Source of the DNA: Chrysomallon squamiferum
Taxonomy: Eukaryota; Animalia; Mollusca
Length of the DNA: 64,000 nucleotides
Assembly (NCBI GenBank): GCA_012295275.1
Contig: CM022672.1
Location: 20,150,001 to 20,214,000 of the forward strand
Reading direction: 5' to 3'
A program made the translations under genes and the position numbers. Below are positions 1-12,705 of the stretch, one piece after another (position 1 is the first letter of the stretch; each line of letters begins with the position of its first letter). Under the pieces are notes generated by a model, which did not search any database, had not been told where the DNA came from, and was given only the letters and a program-made list of their open reading frames with translations.

Positions 1-56
1 ACAAATCACATAATAATGAGGTCTGTATAAAAAGTTATTGTTTACAAATGTTTCAG

Positions 57-3000
57 GTATGGTGTCACCTGTTCAGCTGTCTAATGTTACCATGGTGATG
101 CAGCTAGTCAAGGAAGTGATGGCATCTGACCCTGAATCAGTGCCAGAATTTGTAGATATCACTAACCTGTGTTACCAAGTTACTGAAAGGTGAGAACATG
201 ATTAGCATTTTTAAATATGTTACTGGTCTCGCCACAAATGGTTAACAAAAATAAAAAATAGAAAAAGAGCCTCACTTCACACTGATAAAATCTTGTGGCA
301 AGAGTTTGATTATCAGCATACCCAGCCATATATTATTAATAGTACTGTCAGTGACTATAAAAGTTTGTAGAAGGTTTTTATTATTAATAATGGGAAACAA
401 TAATTTATTTTTAATAATCCAGTTGTTGGTAATAGCACACAATTAAACCATTATTATTATTAATAACTCAATATAAGACCATTTATTAATGCTAAACCCA
501 GTGTAAGGCCATTTATTATTAACACAGAATGGGTCAGTTGGTGATAATAGCAAGATATATGGCCAATTGTTGTTCACTAATAAAGAAAGAAGTAGAAAAA
601 CATGAAAGAAATGAACATATTCAGTTGGATGTTTAGCAATATCTATATCTAACAAACTAATGAAGAAAAACAATGGATGAATGTAATAAAAAAGAACAAC
701 AAACAAACCCCAGGCTGGTGTGTCTGTTTCAGTGAAAACTGATGAGTATCAATAATAACATTGATTTTTCAGAAGTTGTATTTTTCACTCTTCTACAAAT
801 GTAATATTTCTTATAATAATCAGATACTGAAAAACAAGTAATGAATGTCGGATCAGTTTAATTCTGAAAATGTACATGTAAAATGTCAAATGAATATTTT
901 TAGTCAACATTTTTTTTGTATTGCTTTATATTGACTACTTTCATCTTTATTTTACAAAATAAAGAAAGACAACAACAACAACAACAACAAAAAATACATA
1001 AAGTAATGATATAGTCTATTTTTTTTTTTTATATATATATCAGCCTTTTTTTTTTTAGTGTTAAAATGAATAAATGTTAGTTAACCATTGCACATTTTTT
1101 TGGTTACTGGTTAGACAGTACACGGCAGCATATGAGAGGACCATCGCCTTCTCTTTTCATGTAGCTATAAGGGTATGTTTTAGCAAACTTTTACTTAATG
1201 TTAATATACATAATGCTGTACATCAAAGATTTCACTGTTTTGCTATGTACAGGTTTACATCTCAGTCTGTAACTTAGCCAAACAAATAATGTTTTCCTTA
1301 AATACCTAATTTTGTACTAGGTAATTTAGTCACAAACTCAGTTTCTGAAGTTAACAGAACTTTCAATTTTTAAAATGATTGTAAAGAATCAAAATTTCAA
1401 ACAGGTTTGGAAAAACATATCTTTAAACAGTAAGCTGAACAGTAATGACCTTCATACAAATTGTAAAACATTCTTAGATTTTATTAACACAAACTGCTGA
1501 AAAACAATCTTTATAAGAAAATCATCACTGTGAATACTGTGTCAATTTATCTTAAAGTGTATCTCAAACACAATGAATAAATAGTCTAATAAAATACTTT
1601 AAGCTTAAGATTATTATTATATAATAACAGTGTGATAGTAAAATAATCCTTTCACAAACAATTTGATTATCATATTACTCTTCCACAATTGGAATGGTGA
1701 TATCTTCATAATGGTCATGGTGGACTGACAGCTGGAGTTTTCCTGACATAAACAGAACTGCCAAGAATGTGTCGCTCACATATTTTAAAATTCTTTCATT
1801 TTTATACATTGTTACTGATTATGATTTGGCAGTAAAATTCAAAACTAAATTTGAACATATACAGAATATATTATATTAACAACCAGTGTGTTAAAGAGTG
1901 ATTTAATCAGAATTTTTGCTGTTTGGCTTTTGTATGTTTCCCCATTTTTGAAATTGATATATCAGTGGAATATCTTTTAATCCAAATGCAGGTCGATTAA
2001 GCTCATTGCATCTATTTATTCTTGTACTTTCATCAGAGCAGTGAGAGATACGACACCCTTCTTGTAACTTTTCCAAATCCAGATGATGTTCACATATTTC
2101 TAACTTTGATAATTGGGCAGGTGAATGACTTACAGTATTGAAGAATAATTGTTTCCAATTTGATTTTGTTGTGAAAACTTTTGGAAAAATGGAAAAGATT
2201 ATTGGTACAGATTTTTCCATATGTTCTGTAACAATCAGGATAATGTTTTTTTGTTGCAAAGAAATGGCATGTTCAACAGCAGCTGCTGTCTGTATCTGAC
2301 TCCAGCAGTATTTTGTATGATACCTTTCTGAGAAGTATATAACCACCCATTTTGCTTCAGAGATGAATTCATCCATTTGACTTAGTTCTGTTTTGGCAGC
2401 ATTTACACAGCTATCAAATTCACAGCAGTTGAAACCATTTTGTTTGGCTTCATCAATCAGTGTGTTGACCTCTTGCAAGTCTGTTGTGTCACAGCAGAAA
2501 AACAAGTGATGTTTTATTTTTCTTGTCAGTGGTGGTACTTCAGAGAAGGTGATTCCTTCATCAATGAAATATATTGACTTCTCTGGCAATATAAGTCTTG
2601 ATATCAAAACCTCAGACCTGTTTTCTTTAACCGTCCGTGGACAGCACAAGCTACTCACAATTTGTCCCATTGTCAGTGCTATAACAACAGCATAATATGT
2701 CACACAGTATAATAATAGCAAAATAACAGCAACAAATATACACTACTGTGAAATAAATTTGAAATAATACTAACTGCTACCTACTTCTTGTTGCAAAATG
2801 TAATAATGGCAGCAGCTGCACACATAATTTGTAACCATGTTACAACAACAATTATAGTTATTTAGTAACAGTTAAACACAATTTGTAACACCCCTGTAAT
2901 AACAGAAACAACACAGTTTGTCACATAGTATAAAACAGCAGCAAGTACACAATTTTCCACACAATATCACAACAGCAACAGTAACTTCAATAGTGTACAG

Positions 3001-6000
3001 AAGAACTGGGAAAATCAAAAGTCCAAAATAGTTATTTATAGTAAGTCATCTCTGACTCACCTAAACTGGTTATGTAGGTGTACTGTAACACAAGTATTTT
3101 CTTGTCAGTTCAGTATATTCATTTATTTAATAATTTTTTTTTTTTTTTTTTTTTTGCTTCTTTTTTTCTTGGAAGTGATTGTTTAATATTTAAAAGGGTA
3201 AATAATAATAATAATAGTAAATAAATAAATAAATGTGTTTTGATTAAATTTTAAATCTGATAGATCCACAGATAGACGTGAAAATGTATATATAAAATAA
3301 AGTTTATTGTCTAATTTTGCCTAATATATTTATGCCTTGTTTATGTCATTCTTGATGAGCAAAATGGCAGTTTGTGTGAATAGTTTTGAAAAAAGTACAA
3401 GAAAAACTAAGATTTGATTTGTTGAAATAAGTAATAATTAGGTTCCTGAATCAGCATTAAGTAATTACAGCATTTTTACTAAGTTATATTTTTTTGTGGT
3501 TATTTCAGGTTTTCTGTTCTATCTGTGGTTCCCATTGATATGCTAGGTTTCACCATTGAATGTTTGACCTGCGTAGCACCCAAACATCCCGAAAAGGTAA
3601 TATTTTGTTCTAAAGATGTGACAAATGTGCAAAGTAATAGGTGTGAGAAGAGAGAAATAATACAGGAAATAGAACAGATGGATGGTGCTGTGTAAAGAAG
3701 TAATACTTAATAATGATTATGATGCACAAATCAGATATTAAGAAGCATTGTCTAAAGAATAATAAATGTAATATGTAATCACTATCATGACTATGCAAAA
3801 AATAAACTGGAAACACGTAACATAAATAAAAGGAAATAAATAAAGAAAACCCATTATTAAAATAAGTTGGAAAACCCTCAAAAACTAAAAAGGTTGATAA
3901 ATACATCAGTTTACATATAAATTGTATTTTTATAGGGTGATCTAAATTATTTCATAATGATTTTTTTTTTTTTTTTTTTCTTCTAAAAAAATCTGTTGAT
4001 CATCCAGCTACCTTTGTTACTTTTTGTGTGAGTTTAGAATTCTAGCCTGAGATATGATATCTTGTGCTGTTTCTTCTTCCAATCAGCATTCTAAAACTTG
4101 CCCATCAAAGACAGCAGCATGTTGTTTTAAATCCAGGGGAAGGTGCACATAAAGGATATTTTGTTGCTAATCTTTAAGAATAATATATGTAATGTGCAGG
4201 TAGGTTTCTCCTTAAGTAATCATTATTTTAAAAAATATATGTGTTATGACTGATAACCAGGGAAGGTGCACATAAAGGATATTTTGTTGCTAATTTTTAA
4301 AATAATATATGTTATGGTTTCATCCTAATTAACATTCATTTTATATGTTAATTTCCAGGTTTTTAAAATGGGTTAAAACATTCATTTTTGTTAATTTCAG
4401 GTTTTGCATCCTTTCAGACAGAAAATTCTTAGATGATTTAAAATGTAGATGATTTAAAGTCTTGAGGTCTCTACTTTTTAAATTATGTTGATAAAAATGT
4501 ATTTTTTTTTTTTTTTTTTTTTTTGGAATAATTGAATAAATATTTTAAATGCAGAATTAGATGGGAAAGTTTTATTATTATTATTATTTTTTTTAATTTG
4601 TCTTTATAGTAGAGGTATTTTTTAATATTCATTTCTAGAATTAATTTTTAATTTTTTTTAGTTACTATTTTTTTTTTAAAAGATATGCCTTTAAGTCTTT
4701 AAATCTGTTATTTATAATTGAAATAATTATTTTGTTTAATGTTTTTTTCATTATGCTTCTTATGATTTTTTTTAATAAAAATTTTAAAACAAACATTGTA
4801 TTATTAATAACTAGTGGGTTTATGTAGTTTAATTTATTTTTATTTTTATTTTATATATATATATATTATTTTATTATATTATTAAATTTTATCTTTTATT
4901 TTATTTATTTATTTATTTATTTTTTGGTTTAATTTATTGTATTTTATTGTCATTTTAAAAAAAAAATTTTTTATTTATTAGTGGGCATGGTCTCAGTTCT
5001 GGTTTATGTGGCTCTATTCTGGCCAGCACCGAATGTACACAAGGTCGTTACCCTCTGACCACAGCCTTTCTTGACCTGGTCTCAGAACTTGTGCAGGTAA
5101 TTCTAAAATTTTAACTTTAATTTCTTTTTATCTCTTACTCTTGTTCACTAAAGCTATTTCAAATTACAGGTAAAATATTAAATTGAACTATCATCAAAAT
5201 TGTTATTTTTTTTATATATTTTTTTTTAAAAAAGAGGTCTTATTATTTTAACTTTATTACAGCCATTGTTCAAACTAGGACAGGAAGAAGAACTTCAGTC
5301 AGTTGTGTTGTATATTCTGCGAGAAATCTTCCCGATGTATCATAAATGGAGATACTATGAAATGACTCGCAGGGAAACTATAGGTAAAAACACTGGGAAC
5401 ATCTTGTGTATGAAATAGTCTATTGATAATTATATATTAAACAAGTCTGTTGATAATTAATATATGTATATATAGTTACTTTTTTTAAAAGCTTTCGTTA
5501 ATAAAATATTTCACTCATTTAATAATTTACTTTTTTTTAATAATAAAATATTTTTATAATAAAAATGCCAGATTTCTTTATTTTATAATAAAATATCATA
5601 TATTTCTTTATGTTTACAATAAAAGACAAGTATTTTAAAATTTTATAACATCTTATTTTTTTCAAGTAAAATTGTGTATTTTACATTTTTATGACAAAGA
5701 CCTTCTTTTTTTAATCATAATAATAATTGAAAAAAAAAAAATTTAATAATAATAATAATAGTAATAACATCCATATTTTTATAATAAAATTCTCCTCACT
5801 CTTACTTTGTTTGATACCCAGTAGACTGTATTTTTTGAGGCTGCAGGGGGGATGTGGTCTTGTTAAAAATTCATTTATTCATCTACACATTAATTCATTC
5901 ATTCACCTCCACAGGTCAGAAATGTTTGAATGTGTTTCACAATGTGCTCAGTTTGGTCCACATGCAGAAAACGAAACAGCAGATAAAACGGTCAGTACTT

Positions 6001-6189
6001 ATGTTCATATTTATTTGTATCTTAAATTATTTTTGTATTGTTTCGAAATATCCACAGTCAATAAACAATAAATGGGGGATATTTTTTACTTATTAATGTT
6101 GAAAACTGAAAATGACATCAGTGTGAGCTGAAAGAATATGTAAATATTATACACTGGAGTTTTGCATGTGTATAATATTTACATACTCT

Positions 6190-6223
<34 letters not shown>

Positions 6224-9200
6224 ACACATTGGAAACTGGCAAAACCAGCAAGATCTCAGACCAGATCAGGCTGTCTGGTAATTGGTTGTTGGTTGGTATT
6301 AATTATACTTATCAGCAAGGTTAGACTTCCCAGTGCATTAAACCCATAATCATGTTTCAGATCTTCACTATGGTGTTATGGCAAAGCTCATTATTTAATT
6401 ATTTTGTTTTTGTTTTTGTTTTTGTTTTGTGCACAAGAAATAATTGTAAGTTAGTGATGTTTGGTTGTATTATCTTTCTTTCAGCAGTTTGAAGATTGAT
6501 TTTTAAAATGTGTAATTGTTATTATTTGTTTTCCTGTCCTGCAGGCCGTGTTTACAAGAGATGTGTGTTTACAGCTTACTGTTTACTGAGGCAGGACGTG
6601 CTCTTCTGGACATTCTTTCCACCGGAGTCGACAACGTTGAGCAGGCTTTGGCACAGCAGGGGAGGTAATTCTCATCAGTGTGGAATCATATAAGGGGAAT
6701 AATTTCATAAATCCCTAATGAAGATGGCTTCAGAAAGGAAAGAGAACTCTTTCCTTTTAAACATCTTAACTATTTTCCTTAAAAGTGCTCCAAAAACGAT
6801 TATAGTAAATTGAATGAATTAAATTTTACAGTAAATACAAATTATTTTTTTTTTTTAAATAACATTTCCACCAGCTTAGTTTTCCATAGAAAAGTGTGGA
6901 TTGATCCTCTGTAGTAATATAAAATAGTTTTTTTCTTTTTGTTCTTTTTACTTCAAATTTTCAAATGTTTGGTATATAGCCTATAGGATTTGTTATTGTT
7001 TTTTGTATCTACAAACAGCTCTTACTAAAGAGAAAACAGCAGCTTTCATGTGTCATCATTTACATATTATTTTATTGCCATACTTAACTGGTAGCTAAGA
7101 CTGCTTGACTGAAAGAAAAAAGTATCTTGGAAATATATAAGATAAAATCTTAACCACTCAAACATACGTAACATAGCACAAAAGGGAACACTATTAATAA
7201 ATTGGTGATTATTTATATTTCATTTATTATCTAAAAAAAATATTTCTTTTAGCACATCTGAAGGTGGAGGTGTTGAACTCATACAGCTCATACAGATGTC
7301 ATTTTCTGTTCTCAATCGTCTTCTCCTGCTGCGATCTCCAGAACTGCCACTGTCACCAACAGAAAGAGCCCTGTCATCTCAACCAGCAGGACGTCAGCAT
7401 CAACACATTGTCGCTACAATTGCTCAGTACATCTATCACAGACACAATCCTCGGCTACCTACACTTGGGACAGTGCTGTTAAAGAGACTTGCTCTTGTAT
7501 GCTTGATAATTAATCATTTTATTTGTTATCATTAAAAAGAATATCAAAGAAAGCCAAAATGAGAAAAAAAAGTGAATGTGATGGAAAAGAATGTGTTAAC
7601 ATTTGAATAGAATATTAATCTGAAGCAGAATTTTAGTTGTCTTATTCCTTTCTTAGGATCAAACTATTCATTTACTTCAATGAATTTAAATGTGACATTA
7701 TCTGCAGCATGTACTCAATTTAGGTGAAGTTTACACTAGAGACAAGTAAGATCTATTCATTTCATTATGTTAAAATTATGTAATGAAAAATAAAAGTTAC
7801 TTTCAGGTTTCTCCGATGTCAATCTTGGCTTGTCTAGGCAATGATGCAGAACCCATCAAAGATATGTATCTGAGTCGTCTTCAGGCTCTGTCTGAGGTAT
7901 TTTTGACATTTTTATAATTATGTGTGTCTGTATAAGAGTGTGTGTATGTGTATGTCTGTATAAATCTCAGGATTTGTTTTAAGGAAATTTTATATGTAGA
8001 TAAATCCATGTCCAGTAATTGTTTTAATAAATTATATCACGTGATAATTGTTACAAATATATTGAATTTGTGTGTTCAGAAAGTGATAGGTCTAAATTTA
8101 AGGTTTAGTTAGTATCTTTTTATGGGTGTGTTTTTTTCATGCGTCTTTCTATCTGTAATTTTTATTTAAAAAAACAATTAGGGTCCAAGTTGAATAACTG
8201 TAGCACATTTTCTTTCATTTTTTAAACACATATTTTAATCTTTCAGTTCCAAATTATGCTGGAATTTTTGTTTTTATTTTTTATTTTCTAATCATAAATA
8301 TATGAATTTTCAAATATTTCATTTTTGATATTATGTTAGGATCTACATTTAAAAGTGACAATCCTAGAACTGCTGTCAGTATGTGTAGATTCACAACCTG
8401 GTCTTATTGAAGTTTTCCTGAATGTACAAACCTCTGACTCAACAAGTGGCAAAAAGGTAATAGTAGGAAGACTTAAAATAATTTCTAAATTTATTTCTAA
8501 TGCTTAATATTATAGTTTTCATTACAAATTATTTGCTAATTTTTTCACATCTTCATATGGTTAGCAAAACATATTAAATGAATAATTAATTATCTTCCAT
8601 GTAAATAAAATGATTTTTAAATGTAAATCTTTTTTATTTTCATACTATCATTGTTCTTGCAATAGATATAGTGAATTTTTTTCCTTAGAATAATCAAATT
8701 GTTTTTAGCTTTGGTCCTATGCCTTAAAATTATATAACTGTTTACTATAATCTTTTTTATTTTTATACATTACTTATTTTATCTTTTAAACAGCAGGACC
8801 TCATTTTAGGCAAAAGCAGTTGTCTACAGACAGTTCTTAATTTGATGGATTTGAAAAAGCAGGTGAGTAAAATAAATTATTTAATGAAAAACAAACAGTA
8901 AAGAATTAGAATTATATTAATAATATTATTTCCATGTATTTATGTACTGTGTAATGAGTGTGTGATACAATTTAAAAAAAAAATTAAAAGTGTTCATTCA
9001 AACTCCAAAAATTCCACATATTTTTTATTTTTTATTTTTTATTTTTACTAGAATGGCCAGTGACAACAACAAGAACAATTTATAATAGATATATTTTTTT
9101 TTTTTTTTTTTTAATTTAAAGATCAAATACAGTTTTTAGTACTCTGAGAAAAATAATTTTCTTTTTGTAGTCATTAAGGAGAATGTATAAATGTTTTCAT

Positions 9201-10273
9201 GTTGTTATTATTATTTATTTATTTATTTTATTTTTTTGCCAGGGCACCTACCAATGTCCGCCAGATCTCCTGTGTGCTTGTGCTGGGTTGGTTAATGCTC
9301 TGTGGCAAGGGATGCGAGAAACAGCAATGGAAGTTCTGCGTGCCAAGTAAAAAAAAATATATATTAATTTTAAAAATCATAAATGGTTTATTATTATATT
9401 TTTTTTATTATTTTGTTTGTGTTTTTGTGGTTGTGGAATGGGTAGAAATTTATTAGACTTATTTTGAAATTATGGATTTATTTTGAACTTATGTGTGTGC
9501 TTTCCTGTCAGTTACGGATGTATATGTAAGTGTTTATGGCATGAATGTGTTTTCACTTGTGTGTGAGTATTAAATGTTTATTTAAGTGAAAAACAAATCT
9601 ATCTGTGTTAATTATTTTGAAAGGTTTCTTTACTATTACTGACAGATTTATTGTGTGTGATTTTCAGGGAGTCATTTTGGCCAAGTATTTGTAAGCCAAT
9701 TCTCAGTGATTTGACAGATGTGGGGAGTGAGGAGGATGGTCTTCAGGTAATAAATTATTTTTATTTTTATTTAAAGCCATTTTTTTTTAAGTTATGGTAT
9801 ATTTTTGTTGACTTTATATCATTGTTTAACATGATGTGTTTATGTAATGTATACATATTTGTATTTGTAAGTGTGTGTGTGTGTGTGTGTGTTTGTCTGC
9901 TTATATTTATATTTATATATATTTGAATTTTCTCTTTCTGTTTAATATTATTTGTATATTATTTCCATTATTTGTATTAAATAGTTAACACATATATTTT
10001 ATTACTTTTTTAAAATTATTATTCAGATTAGGAACTATGAAACAAAGACTGCATCTTATGTCTTTAAAATAATTGCCCAAGAAATCTACCTTGTTTTCAG
10101 GTACTGTAGATTCTTTTGAAAATTTTATTTTTATCTTTCATAATTTCAAGGGTTAATATACACAGATTTCAGTTATAAATAAGTGACAAATGTAGTTATA
10201 GAAATATATAAAAATAATTTTTATAAATTTGAAAGAGTTAATTTTTATATGCTTTTATATTTTTCTTTCATAC

Positions 10274-10310
<37 letters not shown>

Positions 10311-10844
10311 TTTTCTTTTTTAAATATATTTTTAAATTATGGTAATAACAGCTACTTTGGTTTTTGCATAGCATGTTTTCATCAGTATACCTTTTTATAA
10401 ATTAGGAGAAAAAAAATTACTTAAAACTTGAAGTTATTCTTTTCTATAGATTGAAATCATAGCAATAAAAGATACAGTGGATTTATTTTGTTTGAATGTT
10501 TTTAGTACAAAACTGGATGAAAGACTGAAGAAAGTTTTGGGAGAAATTGCCAAAGAAAACAGACTGTTATACTGGTCAAAGGTGATTTTTCAAAACTTTT
10601 TCATTTTAGAATTACAGACGGATAAATCTGGAAGTTACAGTTTCTGATTTTATCTTTATTTAGTTATATAAAGTAATATTTGATTTTGTTTATACCAAGT
10701 GTACCACAAGTTTACCAAGTGTACCATAGAAAAAAAAAGGATATTTTCTACACAAAAATAAAAGAAAAAAAAAATGAAATGTAATAATGATATAAAATAA
10801 AGTAAAATAATTCTTACATTAATTTGATATTTTTTTATAAAGAT

Positions 10845-10886
<42 letters not shown>

Positions 10887-12652
10887 CTCTTATGAATATA
10901 AACTTGTCAATAAGTAAATAAAAAATGTTTTGTGAAAACAGTTTATTCGAGAGAGTCTGGAAGATCAAAGCAAACTGGTGGAAGATGTTGAAGACAGTCT
11001 GGCTGACAATGCTACTTTGCAACTTCTGTTGTCATGGAAAAATTTGCTTGTCACAATCACCAAGTACAAGGTTAGTAACTTCAGTATTTTTACAAAGAAC
11101 TAAAGCTACTTCAGTATTGTTATACAGAGTTAAAGACACTTCATTATAGTTATACATAGTTAGTCACTTCAGTATTATACACAGTTAAAGTGACTGGTAT
11201 TGTTATACATAGTTAAAGTCACTTCATTATTATAAATAGTTAAAATGACTTAAATATTGTTATACATCGTTAAAGTCACTTTAGTATTATACATAGTTAA
11301 AATGATTCAGTATTGGTATACATAGTTATGTCATTCAATAATTATGCATAGTTAAAATGACTTCAGTATTGTTAAACAAATTTAAAAATTTCAGTATTAT
11401 ACATTGTTAAAATGATTTAAATATTGTTATACATAGATAAAGTCACATCAGTATTGTACAGTTAGAGTCACTTCAGTATTTCAGTATTATTATATACAGT
11501 CAAAGTTAATTTTCCTATTATTACATATAATCACCTCATTATTGTTGTACAAAGTTATTTTAAAAAAAAAAATATTATACTGTTTCCTTCAAAAGGAGCA
11601 AATTGAAAATTGAAAATGTACACATAATTTAATTAGTTAGTTTTTTCTTGTAATTGTTGTTTCAATTATTATTATTTTATTATTTTATCATTTTAAATTA
11701 TTTAGTTAATCAGAAAATGTGAAATATAAGCTTTGAAATTATATATCTATTGTGTCTGTGTGTGTGTGTTTAAAATCATTGTTGTGTAATGACCCATTAT
11801 AAATTTTATAGAGAACACAACTAAATTTAGTATTTTGGTTTATGGCTAAGCCTTTATTTGAAATATTCAGCATGTTAATTTATGCTTTTTAGCAACTTAT
11901 TATTTTAATCAAGCTTTATTAAGCTTGGAGATTGGTGATAAATAAAGAAAAGAAAAACAATTCATCTAAAAAAACTCAAAATAAAAGAATAAATGGCTAC
12001 AACTTCTAAAACATACACTAGCATCACACATTTATTTGTCCTCAATGGTTTTACCTGCAGGTTGAAGAACTGGGTGTCACAGACAAAATAAAGAAGATTC
12101 TTCTCTCTGATCTGTTAGCTGGAATCAAAGCTCAGGTTACCTCTTTGCTATATTTTAATTAACAATGTTAACATATATACATGACCATGAATGTGTATAT
12201 ATTATGACACTGGAGGTTTTTTTTAATAACGATCAAAAGAAAAAATGAAAAAAAGGATTAACATTCCATATATACTTGAAATACATTTTCTTACAATTTC
12301 TTTCTGGATCTGATCAGAAACTGATTATTTGTTAAATGTTTTGTTGAGTAATTGCTAGTTGTTATATTAATGAAATAAGAAATTATGTTTTTATAGTGGG
12401 TAGAGAATTACTATCTACTGAGAATTATTAATGTGTTTATTATGCTGCTGCTGTTATGTCTGAACATTTTCAGAAAAATAACTCTTAATTATTATTTCAT
12501 AATACTGTTGATTGTTAATTTTGACTGCTTCTACACAAACATAAGCACACAAACAAATATGAGCACTAATGCGAGCATACATACACTCATACAGACACAC
12601 ATATATACTATATTTTATACATTAATACACACACGTACATGTACATATACAA

Positions 12653-12705
<53 letters not shown>

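Noticed and set aside
2656-2670. MGQIV start matching the arenavirus glycoprotein signal-peptide N-terminus
   Set aside because: Only five residues, explained by the shared myristoylation consensus; I see no further viral similarity.
2671-2721. ORF-track N-terminal extension MLLLYCVTYYAVVIALT as a signal peptide of the TIR protein
   Set aside because: It starts at TTG, not ATG. The first ATG is at 2670 and exposes the MGxxxS motif.
6240-6300. Imperfect hairpin in a NUP188 intron (pre-miRNA-like)
   Set aside because: The stem is interrupted, the loop is too small and there is no other support.
11075-11560. Repeat array as a CRISPR locus
   Set aside because: Units are contiguous and degenerate with no unique spacers, in a eukaryotic intron with no cas genes.
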